Source: Acidobacteria bacterium RIFCSPLOWO2_12_FULL_68_19
Lineage (GTDB): Bacteria; Acidobacteriota; Vicinamibacteria; Vicinamibacterales; UBA2999
Length of the DNA stretch: 64,000 bases
Direction of reading: 5' to 3'
Assembly: GCA_001767525.1 (NCBI GenBank)
Contig: MELF01000045.1
Location: forward strand, 41,277 to 105,276
The notes under the pieces were generated by a model. That model was not told the origin of the DNA and made no database searches. It saw nothing but the letters and a program-made list of their open reading frames with translations. Below are positions 1 to 7,955 of the stretch, one piece after another (within the stretch, counting starts at the first letter, position 1; every line of letters starts with the position of its first letter). Made by a program: the position numbers and the translations under genes.

Positions 1-281
1 TCGGCAACTCGCTCATGATCGGCCTGCCGTGCGTGACGGCCTCGCCGGGCGATATCAGCGAGCTGATGGCGCAGGTCGAACGGCGGCCGGACGTCCGCCT
101 GTCGGTCGATCTCGAGGCCGGGACGTGCGAGACGGCCGGCGTGCGGTGCGCGATTGCGCTGCCCGGACATGCCCGCGACGCGCTCGTCGGCGGCACGTGG
201 GACACGACGGGCATGCTGCTCGCGCGCTACGACGAAGTGGGCCTGGTGGCGTCGCGCCTGCCCTACGTCGCCGGCTTCTGA
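1..281 (+). CDS. leuD: 3-isopropylmalate dehydratase small subunit, C-terminal part (5' end off-window)
   Basis: The frame is open from the window edge to the stop at 279-281. GNSLMIGLPCV...GTWDTTGMLLARYDEV...LPYVAGF resembles LeuD/aconitase swivel-domain C-termini. A LeuA-family gene lies 2 kb downstream. Confidence 0.55.
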   Translation, partial: GNSLMIGLPCVTASPGDISELMAQVERRPDVRLSVDLEAGTCETAGVRCAIALPGHARDALVGGTWDTTGMLLARYDEVGLVASRLPYVAGF

Positions 282-303
282 CGCCTCTGGCTATACTGTC
301 GGC

Positions 304-525
304 ATGAAGTCAACCGCCGATGCGCTGCGCGCGGCCACGCGCGCGGTTGCCGGCGCCGAGAGTCCGGCGGAGCGCGTCGTGCAGGCCTTCAGACTGGGCG
401 ACGAGGACCTGCGGGCGTACGCCGAGGCCAGGGGCATCACGCTGCGGGCGGCGCGCCTCGACATCGTGCGCCGCCGGGCCGCGAGCCGCCGCCCGAGCGC
501 GTCCGCGGATCCGACGCGCCCGTGA
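304..525 (+). CDS. small hypothetical protein, possible antitoxin-like partner of the downstream NTase-fold protein
   Basis: Internal ATG of ORF 154..525 (MKSTADALRAA...), 73 aa. Its stop overlaps the next start in GTGA at 522-525, which suggests translational coupling. Confidence 0.35.
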   Translation: MKSTADALRAATRAVAGAESPAERVVQAFRLGDEDLRAYAEARGITLRAARLDIVRRRAASRRPSASADPTRP

Positions 526-1049
526 CGCTGTTCAGCTCCACGCTCGACCTGCTCCAGCGCGAGCATATTCCCTGCGCCCTCATCGGCGCCGGCGCCCTCG
601 CGGTGCACGGCATCGCGCGGTCGACCTTCGACATCGACCTGCTCACGACCAGCCCGCGGGTGCTCGAGGCCGCCTTCTGGGAGCCGCTCTCCGCGGAGGG
701 GGCGGCCGTCGAGGTCCGCCCGGGCGGCCACGACGACCCGCTGCGCGGGGTGGTGCGGCTGCAGCACGCCCGGGACCGCGACGTGGACATCGTCGTGGGC
801 CGGCACGACTGGCAGCGCGACGCGCTCGCCCGCGCCGTGGCGGCGCGCGTCCTCGGCGCCGAGGTGCCGGTCGTCACGACCAGCGACCTGATCCTGCTCA
901 AGCTGTACGCCGGCGGCCCGCAGGACTTGTGGGACATCGAGCAGCTGCTCGCGGATGCGGACGGCGAGGTGCGCGGTGAAGTCGATCTGCGGGTGAGGGC
1001 GCTTCCCCTGGAATGCCGGCAGCAGTGGACGGGTTTTCGGGTGCGATAG
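522..1049 (+). CDS. small nucleotidyltransferase-fold protein (TA-module-like)
   Basis: 175 aa. The N-terminus LDLLQREHIPCALIGAGALAVHG..RSTFDIDLL fits the G-x-hG ... DxD pattern of minimal pol-beta-fold NTases. Confidence 0.5.
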   Translation: MTLFSSTLDLLQREHIPCALIGAGALAVHGIARSTFDIDLLTTSPRVLEAAFWEPLSAEGAAVEVRPGGHDDPLRGVVRLQHARDRDVDIVVGRHDWQRDALARAVAARVLGAEVPVVTTSDLILLKLYAGGPQDLWDIEQLLADADGEVRGEVDLRVRALPLECRQQWTGFRVR

Positions 1050-1063
1050 ATGGGTCGGGTCGT

Positions 1064-1177
1064 TCAGCGGCGCTGTCGTTCCTCGAGCAGCGCCTCCAGC
1101 TCGGCGATCCCGCCGACGAGCACGAACTCGGTGCCGCTCTCGACGAGCGTTCGCAGCAGGCGAAGGTAGTCGGTCAC
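1064..1177 (-). pseudogene. truncated NTase-fold gene fragment
   Basis: 37 codons, VTDYLRLLRTLVESGTEFVLVGGIA, followed by an unrelated tail and a stop. Only the first ~25 aa resemble the N-terminus of the 522..1049 type. The start overlaps the upstream stop in GTGA (1174-1177), the same coupling as in the intact module. Confidence 0.35.
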
Positions 1178-1362
1178 CGGCGCCGCGCGGCGCCGCGCAC
1201 GCCGTCGAGGAATGCCATGAAGGCCACGAACTTCTCGAGGCGTTGCTCGGGCGTGAGTTTCAGGTTTTCGCGAAGCAGTGTGCGGTCGACGTCCTGCTTG
1301 TAGGCCTCGATGACCGGATCCGGCTCGAACACGATCTCGTCCGAGGTGTGCCGGCGATCCAT
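1174..1362 (-). CDS. small hypothetical protein (antitoxin-like partner of the decayed NTase gene)
   Basis: 62-aa ORF MDRRHTSDEIVFEPDPVIEAYKQDVDRTLLRENLKLTPEQRLEKF..., coupled by GTGA to the downstream fragment. Confidence 0.4.
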   Translation of the reverse strand: MDRRHTSDEIVFEPDPVIEAYKQDVDRTLLRENLKLTPEQRLEKFVAFMAFLDGVRGAARRR

Positions 1363-1419
1363 GTGTGTACTCTACCACTCCCGTGGAAGCCACGCGGCGC
1401 CGCCCGGACGTGACTCCCC

Positions 1420-2349
1420 CTACAGACCCGAACGATCCGAACGATCCGAACGCTCCGCACGAGCCGAACGGGCCGAACGATTCTCGACCACCGCGAGGAA
1501 GGCCGCCGCCGCGTGCGAGCGTTCGCCCCCTTTCCGGTAGACGAGCCGCACCTGCCGCCGCAGCCGGATGTCGGGCATCGCCAGCGCGACGAGCTCGCCG
1601 CGGGCGATCTCCGATTCGGCGCAGCGCCGCGGCAGCAGCGCGACCCCCAGCTGCATCGCCACCGCCCGCTTGATCCCTTCGAGGCTCGGCAGGGAGATGA
1701 GGATGTTGGCCGGGATGTGGTGGTGCTCGAACAGTTGCAGCACGCGGTCGCGGACGTGCGACGGATCGTTGTGCGCGATGACCGTCTGGCGTCCGCATTC
1801 GGCGAGCGTCACTTCCTTCGCGCCCGCCAGCGGGTGAGACGGATGCACGAGCATGACCATCTCATCGTGGCCGAGGACGACGGAACCGAGCCGGTGCTCC
1901 GCCGGCGGAAATGTCAGCACGCCGAAATCGAGGCTTCCCTGCACCACCTCGGCGCCGATCTGGCGCGACGGGATGCGACGCACGTCAACGTGCACGAACG
2001 GATGCCCGTGGCGAAAGCGCTGGATCAGCGGAAGTACGACGTGCACCGACGCCTCGTTGGCGCCGACCAGGACGCGGCCGCGCCGCAGGTCGCGCAGCTC
2101 CTTGACCGCCGTCTCCGCCTCCTCCGAGAGGCGCAGCAGCCGCTCCGCGTAGTCGCGCAGGAGTCGTCCCGCTTCGGTGAGCGTGGCGTCCTTGGTCGTC
2201 CGGTCGAAGAGCCGCTCGCCGACGCTGTCTTCGAGCCGCCGCACCGCCTGGCTCACCGCCGGCTGCGTCCGGTGCAGCTTCATGGCGGCGCGAGAGAAGC
2301 TCCGCTCCACGGCCACCTTCAGGAAGACACGAAGCTCGTTCAACTCCAT
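1420..2349 (-). CDS. LysR-family transcriptional regulator
   Basis: 309 aa. N-terminal HTH MELNELRVFLKVAVERSFSRAAMKLHRTQPAVSQAVRRLE plus a LysR substrate-binding domain. Divergent from the LeuA-family gene. The C-terminal tail is encoded by a 9-bp tandem repeat. Confidence 0.9.
   Translation of the reverse strand: MELNELRVFLKVAVERSFSRAAMKLHRTQPAVSQAVRRLEDSVGERLFDRTTKDATLTEAGRLLRDYAERLLRLSEEAETAVKELRDLRRGRVLVGANEASVHVVLPLIQRFRHGHPFVHVDVRRIPSRQIGAEVVQGSLDFGVLTFPPAEHRLGSVVLGHDEMVMLVHPSHPLAGAKEVTLAECGRQTVIAHNDPSHVRDRVLQLFEHHHIPANILISLPSLEGIKRAVAMQLGVALLPRRCAESEIARGELVALAMPDIRLRRQVRLVYRKGGERSHAAAAFLAVVENRSARSARAERSDRSDRSGL
1428..1481. repeat. tandem repeat, 6 x 9 bp (CCGAACGAT consensus)
   Basis: Read directly: ccgaacgat ccgaacgat ccgaacgct ccgcacgag ccgaacggg ccgaacgat. 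It lies inside the 3' end of the LysR ORF and encodes ...RSARSARAERSDRSDRS. Confidence 0.9.
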
Positions 2350-2370
2350 GGCGGGCTCATAAGCGCTGGT

Positions 2371-2407
2371 AATCCAAACAGAATAATTATCAGTTTGACT
2401 TTATCAT
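2371..2407. promoter_or_regulatory. AT-rich divergent promoter/operator region between LysR and the LeuA-family gene
   Basis: aatccaaacagaataattatcagtttgactttatcat is the only AT-rich patch in the 112-bp divergent spacer. It contains the ATAATTAT palindrome and T-N11-A-type spacing expected for LysR boxes. Confidence 0.3.
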
Positions 2408-2461
2408 GGCGGGTCGCGTGTACTGGCAGGACGGTCGGGACGAGCCGCTGCGAGGTAACCG

Positions 2462-3712
2462 ATGAGCGATCAACGGGTTCACGTCTTCGATACGACGCTG
2501 CGCGACGGCGAGCAGGCGCCGGGGTTCTCGCTCCGAGTGACCGAGAAGCTGCAGCTCGCCCGTCAGCTCGACCGGCTCGGCGTCGACATCATCGAGGCGG
2601 GGTTCCCGATTGCCTCGCCGTCCGACGCGGAGGCGGTCCGGCGCATCTCCCAGGAGATTCGGCGGCCCGTAATCGCCGCGCTGGCGCGCTGCCACCGCGC
2701 CGACCTCGAGAAGGCCGCCTGGTCGCTCGAGCCGGCCGCGCGCGGCCGGATTCACACTTTCATTGCCACCTCGGATTTGCACCTCCAGGCGAAGCTCCGC
2801 ATCAGCCGCGAGCAGTGTCTCGAGGCGGCCGTCGACTCCGTGCGCTTCGCGCGCCAGCAGACCGACGACGTGCAGTTCTCGGCGGAGGACGCCACGCGGA
2901 GCGATCTGGATTTCCTGTGCCGCGTCGTCGAGGCGGTGATCGAGGCCGGCGCGACGACGGTCAACCTGCCCGACACGGTCGGGATCGCCACGACCGACGA
3001 GACGCGCGAGTTCTTCACGGCGATCCGCCAGCGCGTGCCGAACGCCGACCGGGCGATCTTCAGCGCGCACTGCCACGACGATCTGGGTCTGGCCGTCGCC
3101 AACTCGATCGCCGCCGTGCAGGGGGGCGCGCGCCAGGTGGAGTGCACGGTGAACGGCATCGGCGAGCGGGCGGGGAACGCGGCGCTCGAAGAGATCGTGA
3201 TGGCGTTCTACGTGCGGCGCGATCGGTTCCCGTACGAAGTCGGCGTCGCGCACAAGGAGATCTACCCGTCGAGCGAGCTGCTGACGCGCCTGAGCGGCCA
3301 GCCGGTGCAGGTCAACAAGGCGATCGTCGGGCGCAACGCGTTCGCCCACGAGGCGGGCATCCATCAGGACGGCATCCTGAAGGACCGCCGCACCTACGAG
3401 ATCATGCGGGCCGAGGACGTCGGCGCGCCGTGGAATCCGCTCGTGCTCGGCAAGCACTCGGGACGCCACGCCGTGCAGAAGCGCTGCAAGGACCTGGGGC
3501 TCGAGGTCGAAGGCGCGGAGCTCGTCGAGGTCTACCGCGCGCTGATGGCGATTGCCGACGATCGCAAGATCCTCACCGACAACGACGTCATCGCCGTCGT
3601 CAGCGGCGTCCGGACCGCACAGCCCGGCGGCGCCGGACACGTCGATCCCTTCGACACGCCGTCGAAGGTCGCGCACGCCCTGCCCGAACGCGGCTACGAC
3701 CATGGGGTGTAA
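2462..3712 (+). CDS. 2-isopropylmalate synthase / homocitrate synthase family protein, short form lacking the C-terminal regulatory domain
   Basis: 416 aa. [19 protein letters not shown]...HTFIATS...[13 protein letters not shown]...[12 protein letters not shown] is collinear with the LeuA catalytic barrel and subdomains. It ends about 100 aa before the usual LeuA_dimer domain. Confidence 0.85.
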   Translation: MSDQRVHVFDTTLRDGEQAPGFSLRVTEKLQLARQLDRLGVDIIEAGFPIASPSDAEAVRRISQEIRRPVIAALARCHRADLEKAAWSLEPAARGRIHTFIATSDLHLQAKLRISREQCLEAAVDSVRFARQQTDDVQFSAEDATRSDLDFLCRVVEAVIEAGATTVNLPDTVGIATTDETREFFTAIRQRVPNADRAIFSAHCHDDLGLAVANSIAAVQGGARQVECTVNGIGERAGNAALEEIVMAFYVRRDRFPYEVGVAHKEIYPSSELLTRLSGQPVQVNKAIVGRNAFAHEAGIHQDGILKDRRTYEIMRAEDVGAPWNPLVLGKHSGRHAVQKRCKDLGLEVEGAELVEVYRALMAIADDRKILTDNDVIAVVSGVRTAQPGGAGHVDPFDTPSKVAHALPERGYDHGV

Positions 3713-3720
3713 CTCCAGGT

Positions 3721-3776
3721 GGTAGCCGGTAGCCGGTAGGTGGTGGCCGGTAGGTGGTAGCCGGTAGCCGGTAGCT
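3721..3776. repeat. tandem repeat, 8 x 7 bp (GGTAGCC consensus)
   Basis: ggtagcc ggtagcc ggtaggt ggtggcc ggtaggt ggtagcc ggtagcc ggtagct. It sits in the convergent spacer between the leuA-like and mscS genes. TAG recurs every 7 nt, so all three plus-strand frames are stopped. Confidence 0.9.
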
Positions 3777-4857
3777 ACTCGCGCTCCATGTGCATCGTCA
3801 TGAACGGCTTGGCCAGTTCGATGCCGCGCTCGGCGAAGAGCCGGGCAATCCGTCTTCGCAGCTCGCGTCCCACTATCCACTGCTTCATCGGGACGGTCTT
3901 GATGCGCCCCTTGACGACGAGCTGTCCAGGCTCGAACGCGTCGATCCCGTAGACCTCCAGCGGCTCCAGGATGTGCGGCGTGAACGCCGGGTCCTCCAGG
4001 AGCGTCGCGGCCGCCTCGCGCATCGCGTCGATCGCCCGGTCGACGTCCTCGTCATAGCCGAGCCCGACCGTCAGCACGTAGTACGAGAAGTCCTTCGACA
4101 TGTTGGCGAGCGTCTTCACCTCGCCGTTCGGAAAGATGTGTACCGTGCCCGCCTCGTCCCGGAGCACGATGGTCCGCAGGTTCACTTGTTCCACCAGCCC
4201 GCCCTGCCCGTTGACGACGGCGACGTCGCCGACGCGGACCTGGTCCTCGAGAATGAGAAAGAAGCCGGAGACCACGTCGCGCACCAGCGTCTGCGCGCCG
4301 AAGCCGACCGCGAGCCCCGCGATGCCGGCGCCGGTGAGCACCGGCGTGATGTCGATGTCGAGCTCGCGGAGGATCATCAGTCCCGCCATGCCGGCGACGA
4401 CGATGGAGAGCGTCTTCTGCAGCAGGCGGCCGAGCGTCTGCGCGCGCTTGGTCCGCTCGATGACGTCGAGGCCGGTACCATGGCTCATCTCCCGCTCGAG
4501 CCGCCGCGCCGCCGCCGACGCGATGCGAACGATCAGATAGGCGGCAATCGCGATGACGACGATCCGGAGGCCGACCTCGAGCAGCCACCGCCCGACGGCC
4601 TGGGGGTTGGCGCCGAGGCCCGTCTGGAAGCCGGCGAGGCGCATGGCCGGGAAGATCAGCGCGGCGGCGGCCACCAGGAAGATCGTCACGCGGATGATGC
4701 GGCGCGGGCGATCGACGAACGCCCGCTCGGCGGCCGGGTCTGCGATCACCGCGCCGAGCGTCGACTGAACGACGCGGGCCGCCAGATCGGCGGCGAGGTA
4801 CGCCCCGGCGAGCACCAGCGCGACCGCCAGCGTCAGTTCAGGCCAGTTGGTCGGCAT
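3775..4857 (-). CDS. mechanosensitive ion channel (MscS family)
   Basis: 360 aa with N-terminal TM helices. The conserved MscS core is LVRDVVSGFFLILEDQVRVGDVAVVNGQGGLVEQVNLRTIVLRDEAGTVHIFPNG. Confidence 0.9.
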   Translation of the reverse strand: MPTNWPELTLAVALVLAGAYLAADLAARVVQSTLGAVIADPAAERAFVDRPRRIIRVTIFLVAAAALIFPAMRLAGFQTGLGANPQAVGRWLLEVGLRIVVIAIAAYLIVRIASAAARRLEREMSHGTGLDVIERTKRAQTLGRLLQKTLSIVVAGMAGLMILRELDIDITPVLTGAGIAGLAVGFGAQTLVRDVVSGFFLILEDQVRVGDVAVVNGQGGLVEQVNLRTIVLRDEAGTVHIFPNGEVKTLANMSKDFSYYVLTVGLGYDEDVDRAIDAMREAAATLLEDPAFTPHILEPLEVYGIDAFEPGQLVVKGRIKTVPMKQWIVGRELRRRIARLFAERGIELAKPFMTMHMERE

Positions 4858-4881
4858 GCGCGTAGGGTTGCCCCGTGTGTG

Positions 4882-6066
4882 CTACGACGCGCTGCTGCGG
4901 ATCGGGATCTGCAACTCGACCCGGCGGCCGTCGCGAATCACGCTCAGTGCCGCCGTGCTGCCGATGCGCGCGTCCTGAATCAGGCGTGAGAGCTGGCCGC
5001 CGTCGGTGATGGCGGTGCCGTTGAAGGCGACGATCACGTCGCCCGGCCGCAGCCCCGCGGCGTAGGCCGCCGCGTCGCGGCGCATCGCCTGGACGAGCAC
5101 GCCCCGTGCGTCGGCGACGCCGAGCTGCTCAGCCATCAGCGTCGAGAGCGGCGCAATCTCCACGTAGCCGATCGTCCCTCGGCGCACCTCGCCGTACTGG
5201 GTGAGATCGGCCACGACGCGCCGCGCGAGGTTGCTCGGCACGGCGAATCCGATGCCCTGGTACCCGCCGCTCTGGCTGAAGATCGCCGTATTGATCCCGA
5301 CCAGCTCGCCGCGCGCGTTCACCAGCGCGCCGCCGGAGTTCCCCGGATTGATTGCCGCGTCGGTCTGGATGAAGTCTTCGTAGGTCGAGATCCCGACGTT
5401 GGTCCGGCCGAGCGCCGAGATGATGCCGAGCGTCACCGTCTGGTTGAGCTGGAACGGGTTGCCGATCGCCAGCACCCACTCGGCGACTTTCAGCCGGCTC
5501 GAGTCGCCCCACGGAATCGTCGGCAGGTTCCCGACCGGGATCCGCAGGAGCGCCAGATCCGTCGCCGGATCGACGCCGACGATCTCCGCCTGGACCTCGC
5601 GTTTGTCGGCCAGCGCGACCGAGACGGCTGGCAGTTGCCGCAGAGAGATGCGGCCCGACTCGCCGGCTACGACGTGGTTGTTGGTCAGCACGAGCCCGTC
5701 GGCGCCGACGATCACGCCGGAGCCGAGGCTCCGCTCGACGCCGCGCCGCGGGCCGAAGATGTCGTCCGGATCGCCGAAGAAAAACTGGAAGAACGGGTCG
5801 TTGGCGAACGGCGAGTTCGGGCGGCGCACCACCTGGAGCGACGAGATGTTCACGACGGCCGGCACCGTCTGCTCGGCGACGCGGGAGAAGTCCGGAAGCG
5901 TGACGGCCGCGCCGGGGGCCGCCGGCGCCGGGGCGGCCACGACAGGGGCTCGCCGCTCCTGCGCATCGGCAGTGGAGGCCTGCCGCAACCGGCCGGTGAT
6001 CATCAGGCCGGCGGCGAACCCGCAGGCGAGCAGCAGCAGCGCCAGGATCAGCCGTCGCGGACGCAC
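4882..6066 (-). CDS. HtrA/DegP-family periplasmic serine protease with PDZ domain
   Basis: 394 aa with a signal/anchor. Trypsin-fold motifs are TNNHVV, DLALLRI and GNSGGALVN. The C-terminal PDZ-like segment is GLRPGDVIVAFNG. Confidence 0.9.
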   Translation of the reverse strand: MRPRRLILALLLLACGFAAGLMITGRLRQASTADAQERRAPVVAAPAPAAPGAAVTLPDFSRVAEQTVPAVVNISSLQVVRRPNSPFANDPFFQFFFGDPDDIFGPRRGVERSLGSGVIVGADGLVLTNNHVVAGESGRISLRQLPAVSVALADKREVQAEIVGVDPATDLALLRIPVGNLPTIPWGDSSRLKVAEWVLAIGNPFQLNQTVTLGIISALGRTNVGISTYEDFIQTDAAINPGNSGGALVNARGELVGINTAIFSQSGGYQGIGFAVPSNLARRVVADLTQYGEVRRGTIGYVEIAPLSTLMAEQLGVADARGVLVQAMRRDAAAYAAGLRPGDVIVAFNGTAITDGGQLSRLIQDARIGSTAALSVIRDGRRVELQIPIRSSAS

Positions 6067-6072
6067 GGGCGG

Positions 6073-6474
6073 CTACATCACGTCGATGCGGCGCACCGAC
6101 GCGTCGCGGGTCTTCGGACAGGTGACCGTCAGGATGCCATCGCGCAGGTCGGCGGCGACGCGGTCGGCATCGACGGGGACGGGCAGCTGGAACGAGCGGC
6201 TGAAGTGGCCGTGCCCGCGCTCCACCCGGTGGTACCGCTCGCACGGCACGCCGTGGTCCCGGCGGACGCCCGAGACCGTCAGGCGCCCCTCGTGCAGGTG
6301 GATGTCGATGTCGTCGCGCCGCAGCCCGGGGACTTCCGCCGTCAGCACGTACTGCTCGGCGGTCTCCTGCAGATCGACGGCCGGCGCCCAGCCGGCCGGG
6401 CCCGGCGCGAACGGGTCGAGCCGCTGCTGAATGGCCAGCAGATCGCGGATCGGATCCCAGCGGGCAAACGCCAC
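6073..6474 (-). CDS. Hsp20/alpha-crystallin small heat-shock protein
   Basis: GTG start at 6474 (VAFARWDPIRDLL...). The alpha-crystallin core is APAVDLQETAEQYVLTAEVPG...GRLTVSG...FSRSFQLPVPVDADRVAADLRDGILTV. It is first in a minus-strand hsp20-htrA-mscS string. Confidence 0.85.
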   Translation of the reverse strand: MAFARWDPIRDLLAIQQRLDPFAPGPAGWAPAVDLQETAEQYVLTAEVPGLRRDDIDIHLHEGRLTVSGVRRDHGVPCERYHRVERGHGHFSRSFQLPVPVDADRVAADLRDGILTVTCPKTRDASVRRIDVM

Positions 6475-6485
6475 GGTTCGATTGT

Positions 6486-6569
6486 AACTCCCAACTCCCA
6501 ACTCCCAAGCTTCGGGCGTTGGGTCTTGGGCGTTAGGTCTTGGGCGTTGGAGCTTGGGAGTTGGGCGTT
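6486..6569. repeat. heptad-phased palindromic repeat element, 12 x 7 bp (84 bp)
   Basis: (AACTCCC)x3 AAGCTTC, then GGGCGTT GGGTCTT GGGCGTT AGGTCTT GGGCGTT GGAGCTT GGGAGTT GGGCGTT. The left C-rich arm is complementary to the right end (at least 14 bp, gcttgggagttggg). It lies in the hsp20/efp divergent spacer. Confidence 0.85.
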
Positions 6570-6606
6570 CGCGATGTGCTAGCATCGGTGGGATCGACCG
6601 ACAACG

Positions 6607-7170
6607 ATGGCTTCCATACAGGCGACACGGCTCAAGAAGGGTATGCTGGTCAAGATGGGGCAAGATCTGTTCCGCGTCATCGACCTCCAGCACGTGACTC
6701 CCGGCAACCTCCGCGGCTTCGTCCGCGTCAAGCTGCGGAACATCCGCAACGCGACGCTGTCGGACCAGAAGCTGCGGTCCGAGGATTCGGTCGAGCGGGC
6801 GACGCTCGACGAACGGGAGATGCAGTACCTCTACAAGGACGGCGACGATCGCTATTTCATGGACACCAGCACCTACGAGCAGGTGCACATCTCGATTGAG
6901 GCGCTCGGCGACTCGGTGAACTTCCTCAAGCCGGAGATGACCATTCAGGTGGAGTTCTACGGGACCGAGCCGGTCGGCATCGAGCTGCCGCAGACGGTCG
7001 ACCTGAAGGTGCTCGACACGGTGCCCGGCATCAAGGGAGCGACCGCCAGTGCCCAGGTGAAGCCGGCGACGCTCGAGACCGGGCTCGTCGTGCAGGTGCC
7101 GCCGTTTGTCAACCCCGGCGACATGATCCGCGTCAACACGGAAACCGGCGAATACCTGTCGAGAGCATGA
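6607..7170 (+). CDS. efp: elongation factor P
   Basis: 187 aa, collinear with bacterial EF-P (QHVTPGNLRGFVRVKLRN ... GIKGATASAQVKPATLETG ... GEYLSRA). Confidence 0.95.
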   Translation: MASIQATRLKKGMLVKMGQDLFRVIDLQHVTPGNLRGFVRVKLRNIRNATLSDQKLRSEDSVERATLDEREMQYLYKDGDDRYFMDTSTYEQVHISIEALGDSVNFLKPEMTIQVEFYGTEPVGIELPQTVDLKVLDTVPGIKGATASAQVKPATLETGLVVQVPPFVNPGDMIRVNTETGEYLSRA

Positions 7171-7177
7171 CGCGGTA

Positions 7178-7247
7178 GACTCCCGACTTCCGATGTCCAG
7201 TTCCCAACGGACGCAGGACTTGGAAGTTGGGCGTTGGCTGGTGGGGG
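7178..7247. repeat. heptad-phased repeat element, about 10 x 7 bp, related to 6486-6569
   Basis: GACTCCC GACTTCC GATGTCC AGTTCCC AACGGAC GCAGGAC TTGGAAG TTGGGCG TTGGCTG GTGGGGG. It shows the same C-rich-then-G-rich heptad switch and the TTGGGCG core. It lies just after the efp stop. Confidence 0.6.
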
Positions 7248-7257
7248 TTCACGACCG

Positions 7258-7860
7258 ATGGACGTCGTCAGATATCCCGTCAACCAAGGCTGGATCGAGG
7301 TCATCGTCGGCAGCATGTTCAGCGGCAAGAGCGAGGAGCTCATCCGCCGGCTGCGCCGCGCGCAGATCGCTCGACAGAAGGTGCAGATCTTCAAGCCGGC
7401 GCTCGACACCCGCTATGCCGCCGACCACATCGTGTCGCACAGCGAGATGCGGATCCCCTCGCGCGCGGTGATGAGCGCCCGGGGGCTGCTCGAGCAGGTG
7501 GAGGCCGACACCGAGGTGGTCGGCATCGACGAAGGGCAGTTCTTCGACGCCGAGCTGCCGATGGTCTGCAACACGCTGGCCGACCAGGGCAAGCGCGTCA
7601 TCGTCGCCGGGCTCGACCAGGACTACCTCGGCAAGCCGTTCGAGCCGATGCCCCAGCTGCTGGCGATTGCCGAGTACATCACCAAGACGCTCGCCATCTG
7701 CATGGTGTGCGGCAATCCCGCCAATCACACGCAGCGGCTCGTCGCCAGCGAGGACCGGGTGCTGCTCGGCACGCAAGGCACCTACGAGGCACGCTGCCGC
7801 CGCTGCTTCGACCCGCGGCTGGCGGGCGCCCCGGCGCCCGCCCGAACAGCCGAGCGCTGA
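7258..7860 (+). CDS. tdk: thymidine kinase
   Basis: P-loop [14 protein letters not shown], then KPALDTRY and a C-terminal zinc ribbon [13 protein letters not shown]...ARCRRCF. ATG 7258 is preferred over the in-frame GTG 7234, which lies inside the repeat. Confidence 0.9.
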   Translation: MDVVRYPVNQGWIEVIVGSMFSGKSEELIRRLRRAQIARQKVQIFKPALDTRYAADHIVSHSEMRIPSRAVMSARGLLEQVEADTEVVGIDEGQFFDAELPMVCNTLADQGKRVIVAGLDQDYLGKPFEPMPQLLAIAEYITKTLAICMVCGNPANHTQRLVASEDRVLLGTQGTYEARCRRCFDPRLAGAPAPARTAER

Positions 7861-7955
7861 TCGGCGATCGGCTTCGCGTCCTGTCGCTCCGGCGGGTCCG
7901 CCTCGCCTGCGAGTGCGTGCTCGGCGGACCCCGCCAATCCTGCTACCCTGATCCT

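Noticed and set aside
1513-3732. 739-aa plus-strand ORF spanning the LysR gene (antisense) and the LeuA-like gene (out of frame).
   Set aside because: The product is low-complexity and Arg/Ala/Pro-rich, with no recognisable domains. It overlaps two genes that have clear family signatures. This is a typical shadow ORF of GC-rich DNA.
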